Shown here piece after piece: positions 1 through 17,670 of a DNA stretch of 64,000 nt. The notes beneath the pieces are model-generated. The model was not told the origin of the DNA, ran no database searches, and saw nothing but the letters and a program-made list of their open reading frames with translations. The stretch spans positions 9,928,954-9,992,953 of the forward strand of contig CM120644.1 in NCBI GenBank assembly GCA_051362555.1, in the 5' to 3' direction. Both the position numbers and the translations under genes were made by a program. The DNA comes from Lingula anatina (Eukaryota > Animalia > Brachiopoda). Numbering within the stretch: the stretch's first letter is position 1; the number at the start of each line of letters is the position of its first letter.

Positions 1-376
1 TTGCTAGGCAAATTACTTCTTATTACTTGGAATTTGTTGCATGTTGAGATTTAGTTTGCCTTCAACTATGACGCTAAACAGTACCATGGGACGGTTCAAG
101 TATTCGCGTCACCATTAAATGAGGGAATCGCTGAAAAATGTTTTCAATTTCTCTATGCTGGTGTGCTTTCCATCCAAGCAATTGCGGCGATGCAACTTTT
201 GAGAAAAACATATTTGGAAAATAATTCCGCCAAGAAGATTCCATTTTTTAAGCTGAACGTGGTTTAAAGGTGGCAGGAAGCGGTGCTTTACTGGGAAAGT
301 TAACGAATCAATTCAAGTTTGGTCACTTTGATTGATAAGCCTGCCCAAAACGTTTCCAGTTAGACAATTTCAGATG

Positions 377-419
<43 letters not shown>

Positions 420-1813
420 TTTTCCACCTAGTTTACGTTTGACTTCACCTCTAACGTTCTAGGGCACGGTGAGAGCCAAAGCGGTTCAAGCCTTGGCGGT
501 TTTAGATTTGAGTAGTCTTTACCATTTCAAAGGGCGGCTGTTGCCCTGGGCTCTACATGACCACATGAACAGGCTTGATAAGCAGGACCCAAGAGGTACG
601 GCATAAAATACAAAAATTGTGATAAGGTAAACCAATCGCGGCGACGAAATGAATAAAGAATTTCCGATATTTAATGCAAAACACTCCGTACGTACGAGTT
701 TCCTCTTATAGTGAACAAGCGCAATTTTCCAAAAATTACTTTTAGGTAAAAAGAATCCACCACTCGTCCTCTTAGGATTCGAACCCGTGTACAAGTACAC
801 CATTGTGTCTAAATCACCGCAGTTACCACGGAGCCACGGAACCTTCGTTATCAACGTATGATCAAATGGTGACTTTCTACCGTGTCACACAGAGTGTCAG
901 TCTGGCTGGACATGTGAACATCTGCAATTGCAAACGAAAGCCCGAGTGCCGTTCGTATTGTATATTTCAGCGCAACCAACGCCAGACCCCGAACATAGGC
1001 TTAACGTCAACGTAGAAGTTCCTGACGTACACGAGGCCCAGATTAAGAAACCAACACGGAGCTTTGCTAGGCAAATTACTTCTTATTACTTGGAATTTGT
1101 TGCATGTTGAGATTTAGTTTGCCTTCAACTATGACGCTAAACAGTACCATGGGACGGTTCAAGTATTCGCGTCACCATTAAATGAGGGAATCGCTGAAAA
1201 ATGTTTTCAATTTCTCTATGCTGGTGTGCTTTCCATCCAAGCAATTGCGGCGATGCGACTTTTGAGAAAAACATATTTGGAAAATAATTCCTCCAAGAAG
1301 ATTCCATTTTTTAAGCTGAACGTGGTTTAAAGGTGGCAGGAAGCGGTGCTTTACTGGGAAAGTTAACGAATCAATTCAAGTTTGGTCACTTTGATTGATA
1401 AGCCTGCCCAAAACGTTTCCAGTTAGACAATTTCAGATGCTTTTTTTTTTTTTTTTTTTTTTTTTTCCACCTAGTTTACGTTTGACTTCACCTCTAACGT
1501 TCTAGGGCACGGTGAGAGCCAAAGCGGTTCAAGCCTTGGCGGTTTTAGATTTGAGTAGTCTTTACCATTTCAAAGGGCGGCTGTTGCCCTGGGCTCTACA
1601 TGACCACATGAACAGTCTTGATAAGCAGGACCCAAGAGGTACGGCATAAAATACAAAAATTGTGATAAGGTAAACCAATCGCGGCGACGAAATGAATAAA
1701 GAATTTCGGATATTTAATGCAAAAGGTAAATTTGCCGGGACTTTCGAGGGGCTGCACTCGTTTTCCCTGACTGGCCGTTTCTCTGGCCAGCTGGTTGTTG
1801 TGTTGAAGTGACA

Positions 1814-1919
1814 TGTCTCATCCGGGACTCGAACTCGTGACCTTGCGTTACCATGGTTGGCGATTGCTTTGCATGTTTTTTTTACATCCTTGCACGCTAC
1901 CGATTGCGCCGTGAGAGAC
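1814..1919 (-). pseudogene. Degenerate intron-type tRNA-like sequence (Ile-TAT/Asn-like); representative copy, present in units 2-7
   Basis: Minus strand GTCTCTCACGGCGCAATCGGTAGCG...AAGGTCACGAGTTCGAGTCCCGGATGAGACA has an A-box-like D arm, a B box (GTTCGAGTC), GTCTC/GAGAC acceptor pairing and ~30 extra nt at the intron position. T and anticodon stems are imperfect. Confidence 0.55.
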
Positions 1920-2008
1920 CCGCCCACCCTCCGTACGTACGAGTTTCCTCTTATAGTGAACAAGCGCAATTTTCCAAAAATTACTTTTAGGTAAAAAGCA
2001 TCCACCAC

Positions 2009-2088
2009 TCGTCCTCTTAGGATTCGAACCCGTGTACAAGTACACCATTGTGTCTAAATCACCGCAGTTACCACGGAGCCACGGAACC
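2009..2088 (-). pseudogene. Degenerate tRNA-like sequence (Leu-TAG-like, long variable arm); representative copy, one per unit
   Basis: Minus strand GGTTCCGTGGCTCCGTGGTAACTGCGGTGATTTAGACAC...GGGTTCGAATCCTAAGAGGACG has A box TGGCnnnGTGG, a perfect B box GGTTCGAATCC and a TTTTT run shortly downstream. Stems are mismatched. Confidence 0.55.
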
Positions 2089-5000
2089 TTCGTTATCAAC
2101 GTATGATCAAATGGTGACTTTCTACCGTGTCACACAGAGTGTCAGTCTGGCTGGACATGTGAACATCTGCAATTGCAAACGAAAGCCCGAGTGCCGTTCG
2201 TATTGTATATTTCAGCGCAACCAACGCCAGACCCCGAACATAGGCTTAACGTCAACGTAGAAGTTCCTGACGTACACGAGGCCCAGATTAAGAAACCAAC
2301 ACGGAGCTTTGCTAGGCAAATTACTTCTTATTACTTGGAATTTGTTGCATGTTGAGATTTAGTTTGCCTTCAACTATGACGCTAAACAGTACCATGGGAC
2401 GGTTCAAGTATTCGCGTCACCATTAAATGAGGGAATCGCTGAAAAATGTTTTCAATTTCTCTATGCTGGTGTGCTTTCCATCCAAGCAATTGCGGCGATG
2501 CGACTTTTGAGAAAAACATATTTGGAAAATAATTCCTCCAAGAAGATTCCATTTTTTAAGCTGAACGTGGTTTAAAGGTGGCAGGAAGCGGTGCTTTACT
2601 GGGAAAGTTAACGAATCAATTCAAGTTTGGTCACTTTGATTGATAAGCCTGCCCAAAACGTTTCCAGTTAGACAATTTCAGATGCTTTTTTTTTTTTTTT
2701 TTTTTTTTTTTCCACCTAGTTTACGTTTGACTTCACCTCTAACGTTCTAGGGCACGGTGAGAGCCAAAGCGGTTCAAGCCTTGGCGGTTTTAGATTTGAG
2801 TAGTCTTTACCATTTCAAAGGGCGGCTGTTGCCCTGGGCTCTACATGACCACATGAACAGTCTTGATAAGCAGGACCCAAGAGGTACGGCATAAAATACA
2901 AAAATTGTGATAAGGTAAACCAATCGCGGCGACGAAATGAATAAAGAATTTCGGATATTTAATGCAAAAGGTAAATTTGCCGGGACTTTCGAGGGGCTGC
3001 ACTCGTTTTCCCTGACTGGCCGTTTCTCTGGCCAGCTGGTTGTTGTGTTGAAGTGACATGTCTCATCCGGGACTCGAACTCGTGACCTTGCGTTACCATG
3101 GTTGGCGATTGCTTTGCATGTTTTTTTTACATCCTTGCACGCTACCGATTGCGCCGTGAGAGACCCGCCCACCCTCCGTACGTACGAGTTTCCTCTTATA
3201 GTGAACAAGCGCAATTTTCCAAAAATTACTTTTAGGTAAAAAGCATCCACCACTCGTCCTCTTAGGATTCGAACCCGTGTACAAGTACACCATTGTGTCT
3301 AAATCACCGCAGTTACCACGGAGCCACGGAACCTTCGTTATCAACGTATGATCAAATGGTGACTTTCTACCGTGTCACACAGAGTGTCAGTCTGGCTGGA
3401 CATGTGAACATCTGCAATTGCAAACGAAAGCCCGAGTGCCGTTCGTATTGTATATTTCAGCGCAACCAACGCCAGACCCCGAACATAGGCTTAACGTCAA
3501 CGTAGAAGTTCCTGACGTACACGAGGCCCAGATTAAGAAACCAACACGGAGCTTTGCTAGGCAAATTACTTCTTATTACTTGAAATTTGTTGCATGTTGA
3601 GATTTAGTTTGCCTTCAACTATGACGCTAAACAGTACCATGGGACGGTTCAAGTATTCGCGTCACCATTAAATGAGGGAATCGCTGAAAAATGTTTTCAA
3701 TTTCTCTATGCTGGTGTTTTTTTTTTTTTTTTTCCACCTAGTTTACGTTTGACTTCACCTCTAACGTTCTAGGGCACGGTGAGAGCCAAAGCGGTTCAAG
3801 CCTTGGCGGTTTTAGATTTGAGTAGTCTTTACCATTTCAAAGGGCGGCTGTTGCCCTGGGCTCTACATGACCACATGAACAGTCTTGATAAGCAGGACCC
3901 AAGAGGTACGGCATAAAATACAAAAATTGTGATAAGGTAAACCAATCGCGGCGACGAAATGAATAAAGAATTTCCGATATTTAATGCAAAAGGTAAATTT
4001 GCCGGGACTCACGAGAGGCTGCACTCGTTTTCCCTGACTGGCCGTTTCTCTGGCCAGCTGGTTGTTGTGTTGAAGTGACATGTCTCATCCGGGACTCGAA
4101 CTCGTGACCTTGCGTTACCATGGTTGGTGATTGCTTTGCATGTTTTTTTACATCCTTGCACGCTACCGATTGCGCCGTGAGAGACCCGCCCACCCTCCGT
4201 ACGTACGAGTTTCCTCTTATAGTGAACAAGCGCAATTTTCCAAAAATTACTTTTAGGTAAAAAGAATCCACCACTCGTCCTCTTAGGATTCGAACCCGTG
4301 TACAAGTACACCATTGTGTCTAAATCACCGCAGTTACCACGGAGCCACGGAACCTTCGTTATCAACGTATGATCAAATGGTGACTTTCTACCGTGTCACA
4401 CAGAGTGTCAGTCTGGCTGGACATGTGAACATCTGCAATTGCAAACGAAAGCCCGAGTGCCGTTCGTATTGTATATTTCAGCGCAACCAACGCCAGACCC
4501 CGAACATAGGCTTAACGTCAACGTAGAAGTTCCTGACGTACACGAGGCCCAGATTAAGAAACCAACACGGAGCTTTGCTAGGCAAATTACTTCTTATTAC
4601 TTGGAATTTGTTGCATGTTGAGATTTAGTTTGCCTTCAACTATGACGCTAAACAGTACCATGGGACGGTTCAAGTATTCGCGTCACCATTAAATGAGGGA
4701 ATCGCTGAAAAATGTTTTCAATTTCTCTATGCTGGTGTGCTTTCCATCCAAGCAATTGCGGCGATGCGACTTTTGAGAAAAACATATTTGGAAAATAATT
4801 CCGCCAAGAAGATTCCATTTTTTAAGCTGAACGTGGTTTAAAGGTGGCAGGAAGCGGTGCTTTACTGGGAAAGTTAACGAATCAATTCAAGTTTGGTCAC
4901 TTTGATTGATAAGCCTGCCCAAAACGTTTCCAGTTAGACAATTTCAGATGCTTTTTTTTTTGTTTTGTTTTGTTTTCCACCTAGTTTACGTTTGACTTCA

Positions 5001-7440
5001 CCTGTGACGTTCTAGGGCACGGTGAGAGCCAAAGCGGTTCACGCCTTGGTGGTTTTAGATTTGAGTAGTCTTTGCCATTTCAAAGGGCGGCTGTTGCCCT
5101 GGGCCCTACATGACCACATGAACAGTCTTGATAAGCAGGACCCAAGAGGTACGGCATAAAATACAAAAATTGTGATAAGGTAAACCAATCGCGGCGACGA
5201 AATGAATAAAGAATTTCCGATATTTAATGCAAAAGGTAAATTTGCCGGGACTTTCGAGAGGCTGCACTCGTTTTCCCTGACTGGCCGTTTCTCTGGCCAG
5301 CTGGTTGTTGTGTTGAAGTGACATGTCTCATCCGGGACTCGAACTCGTGACCTTGCGTTACCATGGTTGGCGATTGCTTTGCATGTTTTTTTACATCCTT
5401 GCACGCTACCGATTGCGCCGTGGGAGACCCGCCCACCCTACGTACGTACGATTTTCCTCTTATAGTGAACAAGCGCAATTTTCCAAAAATTACTTTTAGG
5501 TAAAAAGAATCCACCACTCGTCCTCTTAGGATTCGAACCCGTGTACAAGTACACCATTGTGTCTAAATCACCGCAGTTACCACGGAGCCACGGAACCTTC
5601 GTTATCAACGTATGATCAAATGGTGACTTTCTACCGTGTCACACAGAGTGTCAGTCTGGCTGGACATGTGAACATCTGCAATTGCAAACGTAAGCCCGAG
5701 TGCCGTTCGTATTGTATTTTTCAGCGCAACCAACGCCAGACCCCGAACATAGGCTTAACGTCAACGTAGAAGTTCCTGACGTACACGAGGCCCAGATTAA
5801 GAAACCAACACGGAGCTTTGCTAGGCAAATTACTTCTTATTACTTGGAATATGTTGCATGTTGAGATTTAGTTTGCCTTCAACTATGACGCTAAACAGTA
5901 CCATGGGACGGTTCAAGTATTCGCGTCACCATTAAATGAGGGAATCGCTGAAAAATGTTTTCAATTTCTCTATGCTGGTGTGCTTTCCATCCAAGCAATT
6001 GCGGCGATGCGACTTTTGAGAAAAACATATTTGGAATATAATTCCGCCAAGAAGATTCCATTTTTTAAGCTGAACGTGGTTTAAAGGTGGCAGGAAGCGG
6101 TGCTTTACTGGGAAAGTTAACGAATCAATTCAAGTTTGGTCACTTTGATTGATAAGCCTGCCCAAAACGTTTCCAGTTAGACAATTTCAGATGCTTTTTT
6201 TTTTTTTTTTTTTGTTTTGTTTTCCACCTAGTTTACGTTTGACTTCACCTGTGACGTTCTAGGGCACGGTGAGAGCCAAAGCGGTTCACGCCTTGGTGGT
6301 TTTAGATTTGAGTAGTCTTTGCCATTTCAAAGGGCGGCTGTTGCCCTGGGCCCTACATGACCACATGAACAGTCTTGATAAGCAGGACCCAAGAGGTACG
6401 GCATAAAATACAAAAATTGTGATAAGGTAAACCAATCGCGGCGACGAAATGAATAAAGAATTTCCGATATTTAATGCAAAAGGTAAATTTGCCGGGACTT
6501 TCGAGAGGCTGCACTCGTTTTCCCTGACTGGCCGTTTCTCTGGCCAGCTGGTTGTTGTGTTGAAGTGACATGTCTCATCCGGGACTCGAACTCGTGACCT
6601 TGCGTTACCATGGTTGGCAATTGCTTTGCATGTTTTTTTACATCCTTGCACGCTACCGATTGCGCCGTGAGAGACCCGCCCACCCTCCGTACGTACGAGT
6701 TTCCTCTTATAGTGAACAAGCGCAATTTTCCAAAAATTACTTTTAGGTAAAAAGAATCCACCACTCGTCCTCTTAGGATTCGAACCCGTGTACAAGTACA
6801 CCATTGTGTCTAAATCACCGCAGTTACCACGGAGCCACGGAACCTTCGTTATCAACGTATGATCAAATGGTGACTTTCTACCGTGTCACACAGAGTGTCA
6901 GTCTGGCTGGACATGTGAACATCTGCAATTGCAAACGTAAGCCCGAGTGCCGTTCGTATTGTATTTTTCAGCGCAACCAACGCCAGACCCCGAACATAGG
7001 CTTAACGTCAACGTAGAAGTTCCTGACGAACACGAGGCCCAGATTAAGAAACCAACACGGAGCTTTGCTAGGCAAATTACTTCTTATTACTTGGAATTTG
7101 TTGCATGTTGAGATTTAGTTTGCCTTCAACTATGACGCTAAACAGTACCATGGGACGGTTCAAGTATTCGCGTCACCATTAAATGAGGGAATCGCTGAAA
7201 AATGTTTTCAATTTCTCTATGCTGGTGTGCTTTCCATCCAAGCAATTGCGGCGATGCGACTTTTGAGAAAAACATATTTGGAAAATAATTCCTCCAAGAA
7301 GATTCCATTTTTTAAGCTGAACGTGGTTTAAAGGTGGCAGGAAGCGGTGCTTTACTGGGAAAGTTAACGAATCAATTCAAGTTTGGTCACTTTGATTGAT
7401 AAGCCTGCCCAAAACGTTTCCAGTTAGACAATTTCAGATG

Positions 7441-7482
<42 letters not shown>

Positions 7483-8588
7483 CCACCTAGTTTACGTTTG
7501 ACTTCACCTCTAACGTTCTAGGGCACGGTGAGAGCCAAAGCGGTTCAAGCCTTGGCGGTTTTAGATTTGAGTAGTCTTTACCATTTCAAAGGGCGGCTGT
7601 TGCCCTGGGCTCTACATGACCACATGAACAGTCTTGATAAGCAGGACCCAAGAGGTACGGCATAAAATACAAAAATTGTGATAAGGTAAACCAATCGCGG
7701 CGACGAAATGAATAAAGAATTTCCGATATTTAATGCAAAAGGTAAATTTGCCGGGACTCACGAGAGGCTGCACTCGTTTTCCCTGACTGGCCGTTTCTCT
7801 GGCCAGCTGGTTGTTGTGTTGAAGTGACATGTCTCATCCGGGACTCGAACTCGTGACCTTGCGTTACCATGGTTGGTGATTGCTTTGCATGTTTTTTTAC
7901 ATCCTTGCACGCTACCGATTGCGCCGTGAGAGACCCGCCCACCCTCCGTACGTACGAGTTTCCTCTTATAGTGAACAAGCGCAATTTTCCAAAAATTACT
8001 TTTAGGTAAAAAGAATCCACCACTCGTCCTCTTAGGATTCGAACCCGTGTACAAGTACACCATTGTGTCTAAATCACCGCAGTTACCACGGCGCCACGGA
8101 ACCTTCGTTACCAACGTATGATCAAATGGTGACTTTCTACCGTGTCACACAGAGTGTCAGTCTGGCTGGACATGTGAACATCTGCAATTGCAAACGAAAG
8201 CCCGAGTGCCGTTCGTATTGTATATTTCAGCGCAACCAACGCCAGACCCCGAACATAGGCTTAACGTCAACGTAGAAGTTCCTGACGTACACGAGGCCCA
8301 GATTAAGAAACCAACACGGAGCTTTGCTAGGCAAATTACTTCTTATTACTTGGAATTTGTTGCATGTTGAGATTTAGTTTGCCTTCAACTATGACGCTAA
8401 ACAGTACCATGGGACGGTTCAAGTATTCGCGTCGCCATTAAATGAGGGAATCGCTGAAAAATGTTTTCAATTTCTCTATGCTGGTGTGCTTTCCATCCAA
8501 GCAAATGCCGCAGGGTTCTCCTTCTAGCACATATGGTACGTCCTTTAGGTCGCCCCCCCTTCCCCCAGGTTACCTCACATCTTTTTTG

Positions 8589-8590
<2 letters not shown>

Positions 8591-8646
<56 letters not shown>
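8591..8646. repeat. (TTA)n microsatellite
   Basis: Directly visible. Confidence 0.95.
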
Positions 8647-8648
<2 letters not shown>

Positions 8649-9386
8649 AACGTGATGCTTGTTTGTATCGCACAAGCCGCATTCTTTAGAGGCTCAGACA
8701 CGCTCACTCACTCTCACTCGTGCACCCAAACATCACAGAAATAGAATAATGGTAGCTTCTAATCACGACAATGATGTGATACGCTGCCCACAATTATGGC
8801 AAAGTTATGCGTAACACTGGTGCACATTACGCCGAGCTTGTGACAACTTAAACAAATTATTTCGGCCACTCTCACGCCGATTCCATTTTAAATTTATACA
8901 TCGGATTAATGAACTTTAAATGTTGCAGCTTTCTCGATTATAACATATTTGTGAGAGTGGGCTTAAATCCGTTCTTCAAGCTGTGGCAATCTCGGTGTAT
9001 CAGGGGCACTAGATAGAATCAATAAGTGATAAGGGACGGCTCCCGTCTGCGCCACAATGCTGTGTAGCCATCGTAGGATGATTAAAACCTACACACCGGC
9101 ATTGTATATAAAATAGCCATTGATGTCAATCTTTACATATCATTTCCAACTTGTCTCTCTATCACGATAAACCGAGGGTATTGAATAGATCGTTTAGCGT
9201 ATAGAGAGCTCCGAATATCTGGTTGTTTTGGAGAGCAACGTTTATCATCGTTTTGTAGATTGCCAATGTTTAATTAAAGTATTACTGGTACTATGTTCTA
9301 TCTCTGTACGTGAAATTGATGTATCTGAATTGTTCCTAAATGCGATATATGTATTAGTAACTTGGCGGGAACGGCTCGTGCGAAAG

Positions 9387-14276
<4,890 letters not shown>

Positions 14277-16285
14277 GTCGTTAAAACATTGCAAGTTAAT
14301 ATTCTACTTACGATTCCAATTTTTACGATCAGGTGCTCCATAAAACAACTTGCAAACATGGGCTGAACATTACAGGTTTTCCAGACAAAATCTGTAACCA
14401 AAAAAGTGCACCTGTGTCAGTGTCTGTACATAAACCCGTAGCCTTGGTGTCAACAGATATCAGCATTGGTCCCTAATTAATCATAACTGATAAAAAGGTT
14501 TGAAAATAGTTATATCAGTAACTGGTGGGGGTTGGCATGGTTGGGGTTGCGAGTTGGAGGGCGAGGAAAAGAATCAACAAACCGGAGAACGGTGGACAGA
14601 TCTGGCACGGCCCGCGCATCTAAAAGTCCATTATTTTTTAAAAAAAGCAAAGCATTGTCCACTTTTTTGCCTTGAATCACCCTTACGTGCCATGGTTTCA
14701 TCTATCAGTATAGTTAACTTTATCAGGGTTGCGAAATCTCCAGGCAAAGCCCCGTGTTGGCCTGACTCAACATTGTGCGCACCATTTTATGATTTTTTAT
14801 TGTCTTTTTCATGGTTTTTACTGGCTAGCTAGATTGTGTGTGCGGCGTTCATGCTTGAGGAATGTACGTGTGTAGGCGTAGAGTGTGTGCAATGCTCCTA
14901 TGCGAAGGTGATATGACCGCTATCATTGAAGAATCGGATTTAAACTGAAACTTTTATATTAACTGAAAGCTTGAAGCACAGCTTATGTTATGCTTTGCAT
15001 TCTAAGCAACAAAATCGAAAGGAAACAGGAGTTTATGAATTTCCATAAAGATAAACAGATTTGTTAATAATATATGTGTAATTGCTAGGACGCATTGAAG
15101 TATACGTTATTTCTAGTGACCTATTCTTCTTTCATTGTATGCATCGGATACACAAATGGCTTTCGAATGAATGGGAATAATGAATAGCGTGTTTTTTTTA
15201 CGTATGATGTAAGCTTCTCTATATCATTTTATCATTTAGTGTGGATAGTAAGCCAAAATAATGTGCGTATGAGTAAGATAAAATGACAAAAAAAAAAAAA
15301 AAAAAAAAGAGAAGTGAAAAAGTGTGATGTGTGCAATCAGGACTTAGAATAGAAATAAAAAGGTAAATGTTCGTGTTTTCACAATTTCTGAAATTTGCTA
15401 AGAGAAATTTTATAATAAAAAATACAAAAAGATATCTGCTTTGCATTAGTTTCTTCATACATGTTTCTGAATTTTAGAAAAATGTGAACAACTATCGTGG
15501 GAACAGATTTAATCGGCCGGAGTTCGGAGACCACTTTCAAATTTAAATGAACAATCTCGAGCTTATGGGAAATGTTTATGTTTGTTCCTCGGTATCAGAT
15601 CCTTTCAGCTAATTATTTTGGCCAAAAGTAATTGAAAAAACTTTTCTTGCTATTTCTTGCTCTGCACTTCCTATACAAAGGTTGTTACCACATCCTCTCT
15701 TCAAAAATGAAATGGCGGCTTCAGGACTTCCTCCTTACCAAAATTGATTCATATTTTTCAAATTTTTGTAATTGTTCCACATTTTCCAAAATATCTTCGC
15801 GGGGGAGGGAGGGCGGCAAATCGCTTGTCACGTAAACTGAACCTTCATCCGTATACACAATACAAAGTAAATTGCAAAGCACTTACTTTTTCGCGGAAGC
15901 AATTCAATAGCCAACACCTGAAACTTACCAAAAAATACTCAAACAATTCATTTTGCATAGGATATTGAGCTTTACTGACTTAATCCAGTAATAATACAGC
16001 ACGCGTTCCTATCAAAATTTAACAAATTGTGACATTATTGTGAGAGGGGATCAACAGCTTGTTAACACACTGAGGTAGCACTGAGGGTTTGCGTCTTGAT
16101 TACCCTACAGTTATTAGTACATATTCGTTGTATTTACAATTTTCTAATTGTATTAGTAAACTCAGGATGCATTATTAAATTAATTCTAATATACGTTTTT
16201 AAGTATAATTTACAGTAATATGATAACGTATAAAATGAATCCAATTATTTAATGAACTTGTTACATATAAACATGTTTGTTGACC

Positions 16286-16289
<4 letters not shown>

Positions 16290-16350
<61 letters not shown>
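16290..16350. repeat. (TA)n microsatellite
   Basis: Directly visible. Confidence 0.95.
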
Positions 16351-16354
<4 letters not shown>

Positions 16355-17670
16355 GGCAATCAGTTGGCTTTTGTGGAAAAAAAACTGCCTATTCATGCAT
16401 CTGTAGGGTGGGAAAATTTGCAAACTATAGTTCATGGTGAAAAATAGGTCAAAGGTCAATTTCAAAGTAAAAGTTTCCCAGTATATAACTTCCTATTCAA
16501 GATCAATAGCAACTATTGCCAGTTTTGGAGATATAAGGGAGGGATTTTTTTTTAGTGCAGTTCATTATGAAAAGTAGGTCACAGATCAATTTGAAGGTCA
16601 GAGTTAGACTGCCAGTGAAAAGAAGGTCAAAGGCTAATTTCCAAGTTACAGTAAGACCCCATTTCCACAGATTATAGATCGATCTATCCCCATGGGGAGT
16701 CTCACTAGATTACTGTCAGCATAGCTGGCTTAAATGCCTGTCCTGCCTACTAAAAGCTGTAAGGGAATAATTAAATTCCGTGTGCGGTCGGCTAACTGCA
16801 GGGAGTTAGGTCGATCAAGTAAGATCGATCTTAATCTCTGGGAATGCGCTCTAAGATTGTCAGTATATCACTTCCTATTCAAGTTCAATGGTAACTATGG
16901 GTGTATCTCTGCTAGTTTTGATGATATAATTAAGGACTGGAAAACTTGCAAAGTGAAGTTCATCATGAAAAGTAGGTCAAAGGTCAATATCAAGGTCACA
17001 GTTAGATTGCTAGTTAATGACTTTCTATTCAAATTCTATGGGCGTATCTCTGCTAATTTTGGGAGTGTTTTTTCATTTTATGTTAACTACTGAATATTGC
17101 ATTGTTGTACTATTTAATAAAGTGCAACTCCTAAACCGTATGGAAAATAAGAAAATGGACACCACCTCCAGTATTGTGCTTGACAAGCTGTACTAAATGC
17201 AAAAAACAAGACGTCTCTAGTGTAAACAGTTCCACAATTACAGAGTTTTTAGTTTCGGCATCAAATGACTGCTTCTCCGGTGAAAATGCACCGATTGACC
17301 CCATGAAGATGAAGGGAGTCCCTAAATAGTAGTCCCCACTGTAATATGAAAGCTTAGGTCTGTGTAGTTTCTGAAAATTGGCACAAACAATTCTTTTTGG
17401 GTGCATTTCAGTGAGCGTCACACCCAGACCAATGCACTAACTGAGACAAAAATACCAGGGGGTTCAAGTTGAGATTATATGTGACCTAAATCCAAGAGAT
17501 GGGGACACAGGTCCCTGCGGTCTAGGAGGAGAAGCGGTAACGGTGACTTGTTTCCGGCGCCCGACTGCGGAGCCGCAGGAGCCGGCGGAGCCGCAGGAGC
17601 CGGCGGAGCTGTACGAGACGGGCCGGGACTAAAACCATGAGTACCGCCAGCGTATACGCTGGTGGTACTA
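16351..17670 (-). mobile_element. Diverged, 3'-truncated Helentron-associated (HINE/DINE-like) element, same family as 35727-39017
   Basis: Terminal hairpin GTACCGCCAGCGTATACGCTGGTGGTAC (17641-17668) and 17470-17640 are the reverse complement of ~35727-35890. Degenerate GGTCAAAGGTCA-containing repeat units lie at 16400-17060. The left border is approximate. Confidence 0.75.
16655..16851. mobile_element. Tourist/PIF-Harbinger-like MITE nested in the HINE repeat
   Basis: Imperfect TIRs (CATTTCCACAGATTATAGATCGATCT / AGATCGATCTTAATCTCTGGGAATG) and TAA duplication. Removing it restores the host repeat CAGTAAGATTG. Confidence 0.75.

Larger units (their letters stand above)
1..8503. repeat. Tandem array of a ~1245-bp unit, 7 units plus a partial one, truncated by the window start
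   Basis: Marker TTGCTAGGCAAATTAC recurs at 1, 1064, 2309, 3554, 4575, 5818, 7065, 8324. Units are near-identical apart from poly-T length, a few SNPs and two internal deletions. The ORF track repeats the same short ORFs. Confidence 0.98.

Noticed and set aside
1814-2088. Functional tRNA genes
   Set aside because: Acceptor, anticodon and T stems are mismatched; called pseudo/tRNA-like instead.
519-8370. Recurrent 60-189 aa ORFs in the tandem array
   Set aside because: Overlapping on both strands, broken by homopolymer indels between units, no recognisable domain.
1-8503. 5S rRNA, snRNA or histone repeat
   Set aside because: No diagnostic 5S, U1/U2/U4/U5/U6 sequence or histone ORF recognised in the unit.
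8397-8675. Poly-I / poly-Y ORFs, and similar IY, CV, RE repeat ORFs elsewhere
   Set aside because: Microsatellite artefacts.
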